Shown here: piece by piece, positions 41,465 through 51,993 of the stretch
Layout of the letters: the number at the start of each line of letters is the position of its first letter
How positions within the stretch are numbered: the first letter of the stretch is position 1
Source: Gemmobacter sp.
GTDB lineage: Bacteria > Pseudomonadota > Alphaproteobacteria > Rhodobacterales > Rhodobacteraceae
Direction of reading: 5' to 3'
DNA length: 55,510 bases
Assembly: GCA_031260425.1 (NCBI GenBank)
Contig: JAIRJX010000327.1
Span: forward strand, 1-55,510
Program-made: the position numbers and the translations under genes
Notes under the pieces: model-generated
Databases searched by the model: none
Told to the model about the DNA's origin: nothing
The model's input: the letters and a program-made list of their open reading frames with translations, nothing else

Positions 41465-42694
41465 TCAGGTCGATTCGATCAGCCTCATATCTTCATCACG
41501 AAGCGGCCCTCCCGGCTGGTTGATGGCCATAGCCGACACCAGTTCCCGCCGTTTCAGCCGATGGGCGAACTCGGGCGGAAAGAGATCGTGCCAGTTCCCG
41601 ACATTCAAGGCTTTTGCAGCATGTGCGGGCCAATCGGCATTATACATCAATTCTCGCGCAAGCAGGATGATGTCCGCGCTGCCCTCGGCAAGAATGCGTT
41701 CTGCGTGATGCGGCTCGGTGATCAGGCCCACCGCCGCCGTGGCGATGCCGGCCTCCTGTCTGATCCGGCGCGCATATTCGACCTGATAGCCCGGCACACG
41801 CGGCAGGATCGGCATCGGCGAGTCGCCCGATATGCCGCCCGAAGAGCAATCGACGACATCCACTCCATGCAGGCGCAGTTCCTTCGAGAGTGCGATCGAA
41901 TCCTCGATATCCCAAAGACCACCACGTCCATCCACTGCGGAGACTCGGAAGAATAACGGCACATCATCCGCGATCGCACCCCTTACGGCCTCGGCGATTT
42001 CCAGAGCAAAGCGCATCCGGCCCTCGCGGTCGCCACCATAGCCATCGGTCCGCAGGTTGCGCAGCGGCGACAGGAACTGGTGGATCAGATAGCCATGGGC
42101 ACCATGGATCTCGATGATCTCGAAACCGGCGTCCAGAGACCGCTTCGCGGCCTCGACAAAGGCGCCGATGACAAACCTGATATCGTTTCTGTCCATTTCG
42201 CGGGGGAGGCTGTGTCCGGGGCTGTCGGGCACCGGACTGGGGGCAATACCCTGCCATGGCGGCATCCCGGGAAGCGCGGTCTCCCGGGTGATCGGCTCCC
42301 AATCCCGTTGGGCCCCGTGGTTCGCGGCCTTGGCTCCGGAATGTCCCAATTGTATGGCCGGAACCGCACCATGCGTTTTCAGAAACGCGTTGATGCGGCG
42401 GTAGAGGGGGACATGGGCGTCGTCCCAGATACCGGCGCAGGCATAAGTCTTGCGCCCGCCGGGCTCGACAGCCGTTTCTTCGCCAAAGACGATCCCGGCA
42501 CCCCCGATGGCATAGCGTCCCAGATTGACCAGGTGCCAATCCGTCGGCGCTCCGTCTTCAGACAGATATTGGCACATCGGTGATACGCCGATCCGGTTGC
42601 GGATCGTGACGCCCCTGATCCGGAGCGGCGTGAACAGCAGCAGCGGGTCGGAGGTCCGGCCGGCCGGTTCGTCGGAAAGGGCGTGGGGCATCAA
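41465..42694 (-). CDS. NADH:flavin oxidoreductase (old yellow enzyme, YqjM/NamA-like)
   Basis: NRIGVSPMCQY, IQLGHSG, HGAHGYLIHQFLSP, RTDGYGG, PGYQV. Confidence 0.92.
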   Translation of the reverse strand: MMPHALSDEPAGRTSDPLLLFTPLRIRGVTIRNRIGVSPMCQYLSEDGAPTDWHLVNLGRYAIGGAGIVFGEETAVEPGGRKTYACAGIWDDAHVPLYRRINAFLKTHGAVPAIQLGHSGAKAANHGAQRDWEPITRETALPGMPPWQGIAPSPVPDSPGHSLPREMDRNDIRFVIGAFVEAAKRSLDAGFEIIEIHGAHGYLIHQFLSPLRNLRTDGYGGDREGRMRFALEIAEAVRGAIADDVPLFFRVSAVDGRGGLWDIEDSIALSKELRLHGVDVVDCSSGGISGDSPMPILPRVPGYQVEYARRIRQEAGIATAAVGLITEPHHAERILAEGSADIILLARELMYNADWPAHAAKALNVGNWHDLFPPEFAHRLKRRELVSAMAINQPGGPLRDEDMRLIEST

Positions 42695-42897
42695 CCTGCA
42701 ACCTCTTGTTCTGCCGTAAGCGGTTCTGCCATCTTCATATCGTGGTGCATCCTTCGGGCGCCAGCCTCAGAAGGGATCGCCATTCAGAAGCCCCCGGCGG
42801 CCATGGGTGATTCACGGAACAATCCATATCACTTTTGCCCCAACCCGTGTGCGCCCCGATCCTGACCGGAGCAACGGCGTGGCGCATGCGACTGAGA

Positions 42898-42985
42898 GCC
42901 TCACAGGCCGACGTTTTGGGGTGGCCGGCGCGGGGAGTGGGGCCAAGGCGGAGTTGAACCACAAAGTGACGACTTCTATCGTCGG
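42898..42985 (+). repeat. Family A element, core-only copy
   Basis: GCGCGGGGAGTGGGGCCAAGGCGGAGTTGAACCACAAAGTGACGAC versus copy 1 GCGCGGGGATTGGGCATAGGCGGGGTTGCGCCATAAAGTGGCGAC. Confidence 0.7.
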
Positions 42986-43073
42986 ATATGTCCGGCGGCG
43001 GGTGGGAGGCCTGCGGTGGAAGTGGCGGTGCCCCCAAGGGGCGGCATGAGTTCTGGAGGAAGGTCAACCCGGC

Positions 43074-44348
43074 TCAGACCGCCTCAATCCGTTCCCCCGC
43101 CTCGCAGGGCCGCAGTTCCGCCCAGCGACGGCATTCCTGCCTTAGTCTCGCGCGGAAAAGGGTCAGGCGGAAGACCGGCTCGCTGCGATCGGCGGGTCCG
43201 AACAGGCCCCCCCATTGTTCCCAATAGCCGTCGGGGTGAAAGCGGTGGCGATGGCGCAGCGCGGTCGGGCTGAAGCGGAACAGGGTGACGAGAGCTCCCC
43301 CCGCGACGGCGGCGCGGGCGGCGCGGGCCAGGCGGGCGTGTTGCCACGTCCGACCGGCGATCACCCTGCCGGGGCGGGGGCCGGTGCCGGGCAGCGGCAT
43401 GAAGCCGTGATTTCCGGCTGAGGAAAGCGGCTCCAGCGCGGGCAGGGCACGGCGGGCGCCATCGGTGATGCCGTCCTCCAGCGTATGAAGGGTGGGTTCC
43501 ACTTCGCTGGGCTCGATCCGGCCATCGACCATGTGGCCGATCATACGGCGGCGTTCGTCGTTGCGCAGCCGCTCCAATGCGCGGGCCCAATCGTTTTCCG
43601 GGGCGTGACGGCGCAAAAATACCATGGCGGAGGCTCCGATCTCGTGCAGGTCGCGCGGCACTCGGTCGGCGCGGCGGCGGTCACTGGCAGCGAAGCCATG
43701 CTGCACTTGCGCCTGCGGCACTATGGCGGTGAGGCCAAGGGGCGCCAGCCGCAGCGCTACATCGGCGTCGTCAAGATAAAAGCGATAGGCGGGATCAAAG
43801 CCGCCCACCCGCAGGAGGGTATCGCGGCGAAAGGCGCAATTGGCACCGACCGGTTTCACCGAGCGTAGGGGGGTGCCGGGATGCAGGCTGAGACCGGGGG
43901 GGACCACCAGCGGATGATCGGCACCCGTGGCATCGGTCTCCACCGCCCGCCACTGGAAGGATAGCCCGTTACGCCCCCGCGTGAAGCCGGTCGCCGCCAC
44001 CACGCGCGGATCGGCGAAGGCGGCAGCAAGGCGTTCGGCCCATGTCGGCTCTGCCACCGCGTCATCGTCGATGAAGGCCACGATCTCGCCCCGCGCCATT
44101 GCAAGGCCGATATTGCGTGCCGCAGAGATATTGGGCGCAGGATTTTGCGCGACCCTGCACCCTTCAGGGATCGGCACGGCGGTGGGGTCATCGGTCACCA
44201 GGCAAAGCTCAAGTGCCGGATGATCCTGCTGTTGCAGGCTGGTCAGGCAGCGCCGCAGCGCATCGGGCCGTCGCCAACTCACCACGACCACGCTGACCGT
44301 GGGCAGGCTCATGAGGTTGTTCGGGGGACAGTTCGGGGGGCTGCTCAT
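43074..44348 (-). CDS. GT2 glycosyltransferase
   Basis: VSVVVVS, NISAARN, AFIDDD, GANCAFRR, YLDDADV; ATGA overlap with the kdsB stop. Confidence 0.9.
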   Translation of the reverse strand: MSSPPNCPPNNLMSLPTVSVVVVSWRRPDALRRCLTSLQQQDHPALELCLVTDDPTAVPIPEGCRVAQNPAPNISAARNIGLAMARGEIVAFIDDDAVAEPTWAERLAAAFADPRVVAATGFTRGRNGLSFQWRAVETDATGADHPLVVPPGLSLHPGTPLRSVKPVGANCAFRRDTLLRVGGFDPAYRFYLDDADVALRLAPLGLTAIVPQAQVQHGFAASDRRRADRVPRDLHEIGASAMVFLRRHAPENDWARALERLRNDERRRMIGHMVDGRIEPSEVEPTLHTLEDGITDGARRALPALEPLSSAGNHGFMPLPGTGPRPGRVIAGRTWQHARLARAARAAVAGGALVTLFRFSPTALRHRHRFHPDGYWEQWGGLFGPADRSEPVFRLTLFRARLRQECRRWAELRPCEAGERIEAV

Positions 44349-45129
44349 GCCATAGCGGCCAGCATGGCTTCGATACGCGGCACGTCTTCGGGGTTGTTCA
44401 GTTCCCAGAACTGCCGGCCCCGCGCCTCTACCTCGACGCAAAGCACAGTGCGACCCTGTTCGAGGAAGCGGAGCTGCTCCAGCCCTTCCAGCCCCTCCAA
44501 CGGGCCAGCCGGCCAGCTCGGATAGGCCCGGAGCGCGCGGGGGCGATAGGCGTAGACGCCGACATGATGGAAGACCGGGGTCGGCTCGTCCTCGTCATAG
44601 CTCCTGCCGGTATAGGGGATGACCTCTTTCGAGAAATAGAGCGCCCGGCCGCCCGCCCCGAAGACGGCGGTGGTGCCGCCGACCCGGCCCGCCCGGCGGT
44701 CGGCGAGGAAGCTTGCCACTGCCCGCCCGTCGCAGCGCAGCACCGGCGTTGCGATATCGGCCTGCGGATCGGCGCGCAGCCCGGCGATCAGGTCTTCCAC
44801 AAACCAGGCGGGCGTCAACGGCGCGTCACCCTGGAGGTTCACCACCATCTCGAAGCCCGGCAGCCGGGTTGCCACCTCGGCGCAGCGCTCGGTGCCGTTC
44901 TGGCAGGTGGTGGAGGTCATCACCACCTCGGCGCCGAAGCTTTCGGCATGGGCCTTGATGCGGTCATCATCGGTGGCCACCACCACTCGATCAACGCCCT
45001 TCACCTCCTGCGCCGCTTCCCAGCTCCGCCGGATCAGGGTCTTGTCTCCGTCCGGCCCTTTCAGCGGGACCAGCGGCTTGCCGGGATAGCGGGTCGAGGC
45101 GTAGCGGGCGGGAATGACGAGAAGGACAC

Positions 45130-45133
<4 letters not shown>
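44345..45133 (-). CDS. kdsB: 3-deoxy-manno-octulosonate cytidylyltransferase
   Basis: IPARYASTRYPGKPL, VATDD, GTER, NLQGDAP, HVGVYAY, LEQLRFLE. Confidence 0.93.
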
Positions 45134-45924
<791 letters not shown>

Positions 45925-46048
45925 CTTGGGCTCCGGCAGGCTAGCTTGAGTTGCGCGAAATATCGATCTCCCTTATCATCGCTCGTCAAGAGAACGGCAA
46001 GATTTCCCGGCGATACTGGCAGCAGCATTCCAGGCGGAAGAGGTTGAC

Positions 46049-46873
46049 ATGTTCACGATCGAGCAACCGCGCAGCACCTTCAGCTCGCTGCTGAAAACGG
46101 CGGAGCTGATCTTTCACGTCGCTGTGCGCAATGTGCGCAAGAGCAACGGCAATGCCGTCGTCGGCCTGCTGATGAATATCGGACAGACGGTGCTGCTGCT
46201 GGTGATGTTTTCCGTGATCACCAATCTTCTCGGCAGTTCGCGCGCCAGCCTGATCCGGGGGGACAAGGTGCTCAACCTGATGTCGGGCATCTTCATGTTC
46301 ATGACCTTCAACAAGACGATGGGCGCCGTTTCCGGCGCGGATGGCCCGACCTCGTCGATGATGCTCCATGCGCCGATGAATACGCTGGTTGCCATTCTCT
46401 CGGCCATGCTGGGCGCGGTTTACCTTCAGATCCTGTCGGCCTCGGTGGTGCTTTACACCTATCACGCAGTGTTTGGTCCGATCACGATCCGTGATCCGGT
46501 GGGGGCGATGGCAATGCTGCTGCTGTCCTGCGTCGCCGGGGCGGGGGTCGGGATGCTGTTTCGCGGTGCGCGCCCCTGGGCGCCGGGGGTGATCGGGATC
46601 GTGAACCAAGTCTTCATGCGGGCCAACTTCATTGCATCAGGCAAGATGTTTCTTGCCAATAATGCCCCGGCGCGGTTGCGGATGTGGTTCGATTGGAATC
46701 CGCTGTTTCACACCATCGATCAGGGTCGCGGTTTTATCTTCCTCAATTATAATCCGCACTTCACCTCGATCGAGTATCCGGTGAAGGTCGCGTTGACCTG
46801 CATCGTCATCGGCATGATGGGTGAGCATTTCACCAGCAAGCACATGTCGATGAGCTGGGGGGCCAAGGGATGA
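46049..46873 (+). CDS. ABC-2 type polysaccharide export permease (KpsM/Wzm-like)
   Basis: Six hydrophobic segments; SGKMF, WNPLFHTIDQGRG. Confidence 0.8.
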   Translation: MFTIEQPRSTFSSLLKTAELIFHVAVRNVRKSNGNAVVGLLMNIGQTVLLLVMFSVITNLLGSSRASLIRGDKVLNLMSGIFMFMTFNKTMGAVSGADGPTSSMMLHAPMNTLVAILSAMLGAVYLQILSASVVLYTYHAVFGPITIRDPVGAMAMLLLSCVAGAGVGMLFRGARPWAPGVIGIVNQVFMRANFIASGKMFLANNAPARLRMWFDWNPLFHTIDQGRGFIFLNYNPHFTSIEYPVKVALTCIVIGMMGEHFTSKHMSMSWGAKG

Positions 46874-47484
46874 TCCGCATATTCGCCTTGCTGCTGTTAC
46901 CGCTGGCCGCGCTGCTGCCGCCGGCCGCCCGGGCCGAGGCGCTGCCCGCGCTCTATGACGTGAGTGGTGTCGCGGCGGGGGATGTGCTCAATCTCCGAGC
47001 CGGACCGTCGGCCTCGGCCGCGCGGCTGGGTACGCTTGCCTCTGACGCGGTGGGGGTGGAGGTGACCGCGCTGTCCGAAGATGGTCGCTGGGGGCGGGTG
47101 AATATGGGTGAAGCTGCGGGCTGGGTGGCGATGCGCTATCTCGCCCGGCAGGTCGGGCCGGACTGGGACAGCCTTGCCGCCCCGCTGGCCTGTTCCGGCA
47201 CGGAACCCTTCTGGTCGGCGGAATACGATCCCGCAGCGCAGACCTTCACCCTGCGAAGCCCCGGGGATCCGGTGGGCCGGCGGCTGGATATCCTCGGGCA
47301 CCGGTCCACAGCCGGCCGATCCGGCAGGATCGGGGTCCTGTTGCCGGAGGGGTTTGCCCTGCTCGCCGCGGAGAATTGTTCCGACGGCATGAGCGATCGT
47401 GCCCATGGCATCTCGATCAGCCTGTTTCCCACCCCCGGTGCGGCAGCGGAAGGCCTCTCGGGCTGTTGCTCGCTCGCCCGCTGA
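46870..47484 (+). CDS. Exported SH3-domain protein
   Basis: Signal peptide; DVLNLRAGP, GWVAMRYL (SH3b); CSGTEPFW, CSDGMSDR, GCC. Confidence 0.82.
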   Translation: MIRIFALLLLPLAALLPPAARAEALPALYDVSGVAAGDVLNLRAGPSASAARLGTLASDAVGVEVTALSEDGRWGRVNMGEAAGWVAMRYLARQVGPDWDSLAAPLACSGTEPFWSAEYDPAAQTFTLRSPGDPVGRRLDILGHRSTAGRSGRIGVLLPEGFALLAAENCSDGMSDRAHGISISLFPTPGAAAEGLSGCCSLAR

Positions 47485-47534
47485 GACCGGGCGGCAACGC
47501 TGTGGTCATGTAGAAAAATCCTCCCGTCGCCATG

Positions 47535-47563
47535 CTTGCAGCCTGGCAAACCCCTGCCTATAT
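47535..47563 (+). promoter_or_regulatory. RpoH (sigma32)-type promoter of dnaK
   Basis: CTTGCA-N16-CCTATAT about 120 nt upstream of dnaK. Confidence 0.65.
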
Positions 47564-47680
47564 ACGCCCGGAAGCCGGTTCGGGACGCGGTCGCGTTCCG
47601 GCTGCTCGACTGGGATTCGGAGACAGAGGCCTTATCAGGCTCCGCCTCCACAACATCGCCGAAAGAAGAGGTAGAATAAT

Positions 47681-49588
47681 ATGGCCAAAGTCATCGGGAT
47701 CGACCTCGGGACCACGAATTCCTGCGTCGCCATCATGGACGGGTCGCAGCCGCGCGTCATCGAGAACTCTGAAGGGGCACGCACCACCCCCTCCATCGTG
47801 GGCTTTACGGAAAACGAACGTCTGGTCGGACAGCCGGCCAAGCGGCAAGCCGTGACCAACCCGGCCAATACCGTCTTCGCCGTCAAGCGCCTGATCGGCC
47901 GCCGCATCGGCGAGCCGGAGGTGGAAAAGGACAAGAAGCTTGTCCCGTTTGCCATTGTGAACGGCGGCAATGGCGACGCCTGGGTCGAGGTGCGGGGCGA
48001 GAAGTATTCGCCGGCGCAGGTCTCGGCCATGATCCTTCAGAAGATGAAGGAAACAGCCGAATCCTATCTGGGCGAGACCGTCACACAGGCCGTAATCACC
48101 GTGCCCGCCTATTTCAACGACGCGCAGCGTCAGGCTACCAAGGATGCCGGCAAGATTGCCGGGCTTGAGGTCTTGCGCATCATCAACGAGCCGACCGCCG
48201 CTGCGCTGGCCTACGGGCTCGATAAGAAAGACACCAAGACCATCGTGGTTTACGACCTCGGCGGCGGCACTTTCGACATCACCATCCTTGAGATCGACGA
48301 TGGCCTGTTCGAAGTGAAATCGACCAATGGCGATACCTTCCTCGGTGGCGAGGACTTCGACATGCGGATCGTCACCTATCTGGCTGACGAGTTCAAGAAA
48401 GAGCATGGCGTGGATCTGACGCTGGACAAGATGGCCCTGCAGCGCCTGAAGGAAGCCGCTGAAAAGGCGAAGATCGAGCTCAGCTCGTCAAGCCAGACCG
48501 AGATCAACCAGCCATTCATCTCGATGGACCGCAACTCGGGCACGCCGCTGCACCTGGTCATGAAGCTGACCCGCGCCAAGCTGGAAAGCCTTGTCGACGA
48601 CCTTATCCGGAAGTCGCTGAAGCCCTGTCAGGCTGCACTGAAGGACGCGGGCCTGTCGACGTCGGATATCGACGAGGTGGTGCTGGTCGGCGGCATGACC
48701 CGGATGCCCAAGGTCATCGAAGAGGTCACCAAGTTCTTCGGCAAGGAGCCGCACAAGGGCGTCAATCCCGATGAGGTGGTGGCGCTGGGCGCGGCCATCC
48801 AGGCCGGTGTGCTGCAGGGTGACGTCAAGGATGTGGTCCTGCTCGACGTGACGCCCCTTTCGCTGGGGATCGAGACGCTGGGCGGCGTGTTCACCCGGCT
48901 GATCGACCGCAATACCACGATCCCGACAAAGAAGAGCCAGGTCTTTTCGACTGCCGAGGACAATCAGAACGCCGTGACGATCCGGGTCTTCCAGGGCGAG
49001 CGGGAGATGGCGGTCGACAACAAGCTGCTTGGCCAGTTCAACCTTGAAGACATTCCCCCCGCTCCGCGTGGCATGCCGCAGATCGAGGTGACCTTCGACA
49101 TCGACGCAAACGGTATCGTCTCCGTTTCGGCCAAGGACAAGGGCACCGGCAAGTCGCAGAATATCACCATCCAGGCGTCTGGCGGTTTGTCCGAGGACGA
49201 GATCGACAAGATGGTCCGCGATGCCGAGGCCAACGCCGAAGCCGACAAGCAGCGCCGCGAACTGGTCGAGGCCCGCAACCAGGGTGAAGGCCTGCTGCAT
49301 TCGACGAAGAAGTCGCTGGCTGAACATAGCGACAAGGTGGACCCGTCCACCGTCGAGGTGATCGAGCTGGCTATGGGCGCGCTGGAGGAAACCCTCAAGT
49401 CCGAAGATGCGGGCAAGATCCGCGGCGGCATCCAGAACCTTACCGAAGCCGCGATGAAGCTCGGCGAGGCGATCTACAAGGCGCAGGCGGCGGAAGCCGA
49501 TGGCGCCGGCGAGGATGGCCCGCGTCCGGTCGACGACAATATCGTTGACGCCGACTTCGAAGATCTCGGCCGGGACAAGCGTAAGTGA
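47681..49588 (+). CDS. dnaK: Chaperone DnaK (Hsp70)
   Basis: [37 protein letters not shown]. Confidence 0.99.
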   Translation: MAKVIGIDLGTTNSCVAIMDGSQPRVIENSEGARTTPSIVGFTENERLVGQPAKRQAVTNPANTVFAVKRLIGRRIGEPEVEKDKKLVPFAIVNGGNGDAWVEVRGEKYSPAQVSAMILQKMKETAESYLGETVTQAVITVPAYFNDAQRQATKDAGKIAGLEVLRIINEPTAAALAYGLDKKDTKTIVVYDLGGGTFDITILEIDDGLFEVKSTNGDTFLGGEDFDMRIVTYLADEFKKEHGVDLTLDKMALQRLKEAAEKAKIELSSSSQTEINQPFISMDRNSGTPLHLVMKLTRAKLESLVDDLIRKSLKPCQAALKDAGLSTSDIDEVVLVGGMTRMPKVIEEVTKFFGKEPHKGVNPDEVVALGAAIQAGVLQGDVKDVVLLDVTPLSLGIETLGGVFTRLIDRNTTIPTKKSQVFSTAEDNQNAVTIRVFQGEREMAVDNKLLGQFNLEDIPPAPRGMPQIEVTFDIDANGIVSVSAKDKGTGKSQNITIQASGGLSEDEIDKMVRDAEANAEADKQRRELVEARNQGEGLLHSTKKSLAEHSDKVDPSTVEVIELAMGALEETLKSEDAGKIRGGIQNLTEAAMKLGEAIYKAQAAEADGAGEDGPRPVDDNIVDADFEDLGRDKRK

Positions 49589-49600
49589 CACCGCGCGATA

Positions 49601-49639
49601 CGGGGAGGGGGCGGTCCAGCGACGGGCCGCCCCTCGCCG
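49601..49639 (+). other. Intercistronic stem-loop between dnaK and dnaJ
   Basis: GGGGAGGGGGCGGTCC / GGGCCGCCCCTCGCC complementary arms; no U tract. Confidence 0.55.
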
Positions 49640-49657
49640 ATAGGGGATGGATGATCC

Positions 49658-50821
49658 ATGGCGAAACGTGACTATTACGATGTGCTCGGCATCTCGCGCG
49701 GGGCGTCGGCCGAAGAACTGAAGAAGGCCTATCGCCAGAAAGCCAAGGACCTGCACCCCGACCGCAATGCCGACAATCCCAATGCCGAGGCTCAGTTCAA
49801 GGAAGTGAACGAAGCCTATGACATCCTGAAGGATGCCGAGAAGAAGGCGGCCTATGACCGCTATGGTCACGCAGCCTTCGAGGGTGGCATGGGCGGTGGC
49901 GGCGGCCCGCGCGGCGGCTTCAGTGGCAATGGCGATTTCGCCAGCGCCTTCTCGGACGTGTTCGAGGATCTGTTCGGCGATTTCATGGGCGGCCGGGGTG
50001 GCGGTAGCGGTGGTGGGGGGGGGCGGTCGCGGGCGCAGCGCGGGTCGGACCTGCGCTACAATCTGCGCGTATCTCTGGAAGAGGCATATAAAGGCGTCCA
50101 GAAAACCATCAACGTGCCGACTTCGGTGTCTTGCGAGGCCTGCCATGGCAGCGGCGCCGAAGGCGGCGCGGAGCCGGTCACCTGCCCGACCTGCTCGGGG
50201 CTTGGCAAGGTGCGCGCGCAGCAAGGTTTCTTCACGGTCGAGCGTACTTGTCCCACCTGCAACGGCATGGGGCAGATGGTGAAGAACCCCTGCAAGGTCT
50301 GCCAGGGCGGCGGTCGGATCGAGAAGGAGCGGGCGCTGTCGGTCAATATCCCGGCGGGGGTGGAGACCGGAACCCGCATCCGCCTTGCCGGCGAGGGCGA
50401 GGCGGGGCTGCGTGGCGGGCCGACGGGTGATCTCTATATCTTCATCGAGGTGCGCGAACACCCGATCTTCCAGCGTGATGGGGTGCATCTGTTCTTCCGC
50501 GTGCCGGTGCCGATGACCACTGCGGCCATGGGGGGCGAGGTCGAAGTGCCGACGATCGACGGTGGCCGCTCGCGCGTGAAGGTGCCGGGTGGTAGCCAGA
50601 CTGGTAAGCAGATGCGGCTGCGCGGCAAGGGGATGCCGGCCCTGCGCGGTGGTGGTGCTGGTGATCTGCTGATCGAATTGGTGGTGGAAACCCCGGTCAA
50701 CTTGACGGCGCGGCAGAAGGAGTTGCTGCGCGAGTTCGAGAAGCTGTCAGAGGAGAACAACCCGGAAGCCACGTCCTTTTTCAGGAAGGTAAAAAGCTTC
50801 TGGGATGGGATGAAAAGCTGA
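49658..50821 (+). CDS. dnaJ: Chaperone DnaJ
   Basis: J domain with HPD, G/F-rich region, four CxxCxGxG repeats. Confidence 0.99.
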   Translation: MAKRDYYDVLGISRGASAEELKKAYRQKAKDLHPDRNADNPNAEAQFKEVNEAYDILKDAEKKAAYDRYGHAAFEGGMGGGGGPRGGFSGNGDFASAFSDVFEDLFGDFMGGRGGGSGGGGGRSRAQRGSDLRYNLRVSLEEAYKGVQKTINVPTSVSCEACHGSGAEGGAEPVTCPTCSGLGKVRAQQGFFTVERTCPTCNGMGQMVKNPCKVCQGGGRIEKERALSVNIPAGVETGTRIRLAGEGEAGLRGGPTGDLYIFIEVREHPIFQRDGVHLFFRVPVPMTTAAMGGEVEVPTIDGGRSRVKVPGGSQTGKQMRLRGKGMPALRGGGAGDLLIELVVETPVNLTARQKELLREFEKLSEENNPEATSFFRKVKSFWDGMKS

Positions 50822-50845
50822 AAAGGGTGCCTCGGGGCGCCCTTT
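50822..50845. terminator. Bidirectional terminator between dnaJ and modA
   Basis: AAAGGGTGCC-TCGG-GGCGCCCTTT between convergent stop codons. Confidence 0.7.
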
Positions 50846-50855
50846 CGTTAGCAAA

Positions 50856-51623
50856 TCAGCGGGGGATCGTGAAGCCATGCGCGGCGAAGATGCCAGCCGC
50901 CCGCACACCCGATAGTGCTTCGTAGAATGCCGTGTCGGCGGGGTCGGCCGCGCCGGTCAGCAGGGCTGCCGGATAGATGATCGGCTGGTGGCTGTCGGCG
51001 GAGAAGGTGCCGACCACCGTGACATGAGGGGCCGCCGCAGCGTCGGTGGCATAAACGATGCCATAGGGCGCCTCGCCTGAGGACACCAGGGCCAGCGCTG
51101 CCCGCACATTGTCGGTTTCCGCCACCGATGGCGCTACCGAATGCCACTGACCCAGATGCTCCAGCGCCGCCTTGCCATATTGGCCCGCCGGCACCGAATC
51201 AACCAGCGCCATGGCGAGCTTGCCGCCGCCCAGCAGCGCCTCCAGGTCGAAATCCGGCCCGATCTCCACCGGGCTTGCATCGCCGTGGCTCACCAGAACC
51301 AGTGTATTACTCAGAAGATCGGTGCGCCGGCCGTTGGCCACCAGCCCGGCCTTCTCCACCTCATCCATCCAGCTCGTGGCGGCGGAAATGAAGATATCGG
51401 CCGGCGCACCCGCAACGATCTGCCTGGCGAGCTGGCTGGAGCCCGCATAGGAGATCGTTACCGTATTGCCCGTCCCGGCGTGGAAATCAGTGGCAATCTC
51501 ATCCAGCGCATTCTGCAATGAAGCGGCGGCGAAGACCATCACCTCCTCGGCGGTGGCCTGAAACGGCAGGCCGAGGGCGAGTATGCCGCCCAGAAGCAGG
51601 AGGTTGCGCGAAAGGGGGGGCAA
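50856..51623 (-). CDS. modA: Molybdate ABC transporter substrate-binding protein
   Basis: Signal peptide; FAAASL, AGSSQL, SVPAGQY, NVRAAL, VYATDA, HQPIIYP. Confidence 0.92.
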   Translation of the reverse strand: MPPLSRNLLLLGGILALGLPFQATAEEVMVFAAASLQNALDEIATDFHAGTGNTVTISYAGSSQLARQIVAGAPADIFISAATSWMDEVEKAGLVANGRRTDLLSNTLVLVSHGDASPVEIGPDFDLEALLGGGKLAMALVDSVPAGQYGKAALEHLGQWHSVAPSVAETDNVRAALALVSSGEAPYGIVYATDAAAAPHVTVVGTFSADSHQPIIYPAALLTGAADPADTAFYEALSGVRAAGIFAAHGFTIPR

Positions 51624-51993
51624 GGAACCCTCGTTCGATATAGCTTCCAGAGCGTATCGCTAGCACGGGCAAGGGCGCAAGTGATATCCCCGCTGAGAAA
51701 TATCGTGCGGCACACAACCGGGAGATCCCGGGGAAGGAGGGCCGCCACCTGGCCCGGCCGTGCGCCGGGTATTCACGATCGAAAATCATCCATGGGATGG
51801 CTTCCCCGGCGCTTCTGATTTCTCACGGTGTTTGGGGGGAGACGATGAGATGGCCTCAGGCGCGCCTGAAGCCGGATGCGTGACCGTGCCCGTCATGGGC
51901 CGCTGGGGCAGGCGCTCTGACGGATCGTACGGAGATCATGGCCGCTGGGCCATACAGTATGAGGAATGATCTTCCGTCATTTCCGAGGCAGCT

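Noticed and set aside
7979-42985. Family A repeats as a CRISPR array or attC sites
   Set aside because: Copies are dispersed and divergent, with no regular spacers, cas genes or integron integrase
44318-44340. CCCCCGAAC duplication at the GT2 start
   Set aside because: Trivial local duplication that only affects start-codon choice (44348 versus 44312)
50005-50025. G homopolymer in dnaJ as a phase-variation tract
   Set aside because: Encodes the normal Gly-rich linker and the frame is intact
51630-51660. ModE/Mop box upstream of modA
   Set aside because: Only one plausible half-site (CGATATAG); the dyad is too weak
51760-51969. 69-aa ORF and short direct repeat (TCATGG(G)CCGCTGGG twice) at the island edge
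   Set aside because: No coding or att-site support; too short to call without comparison
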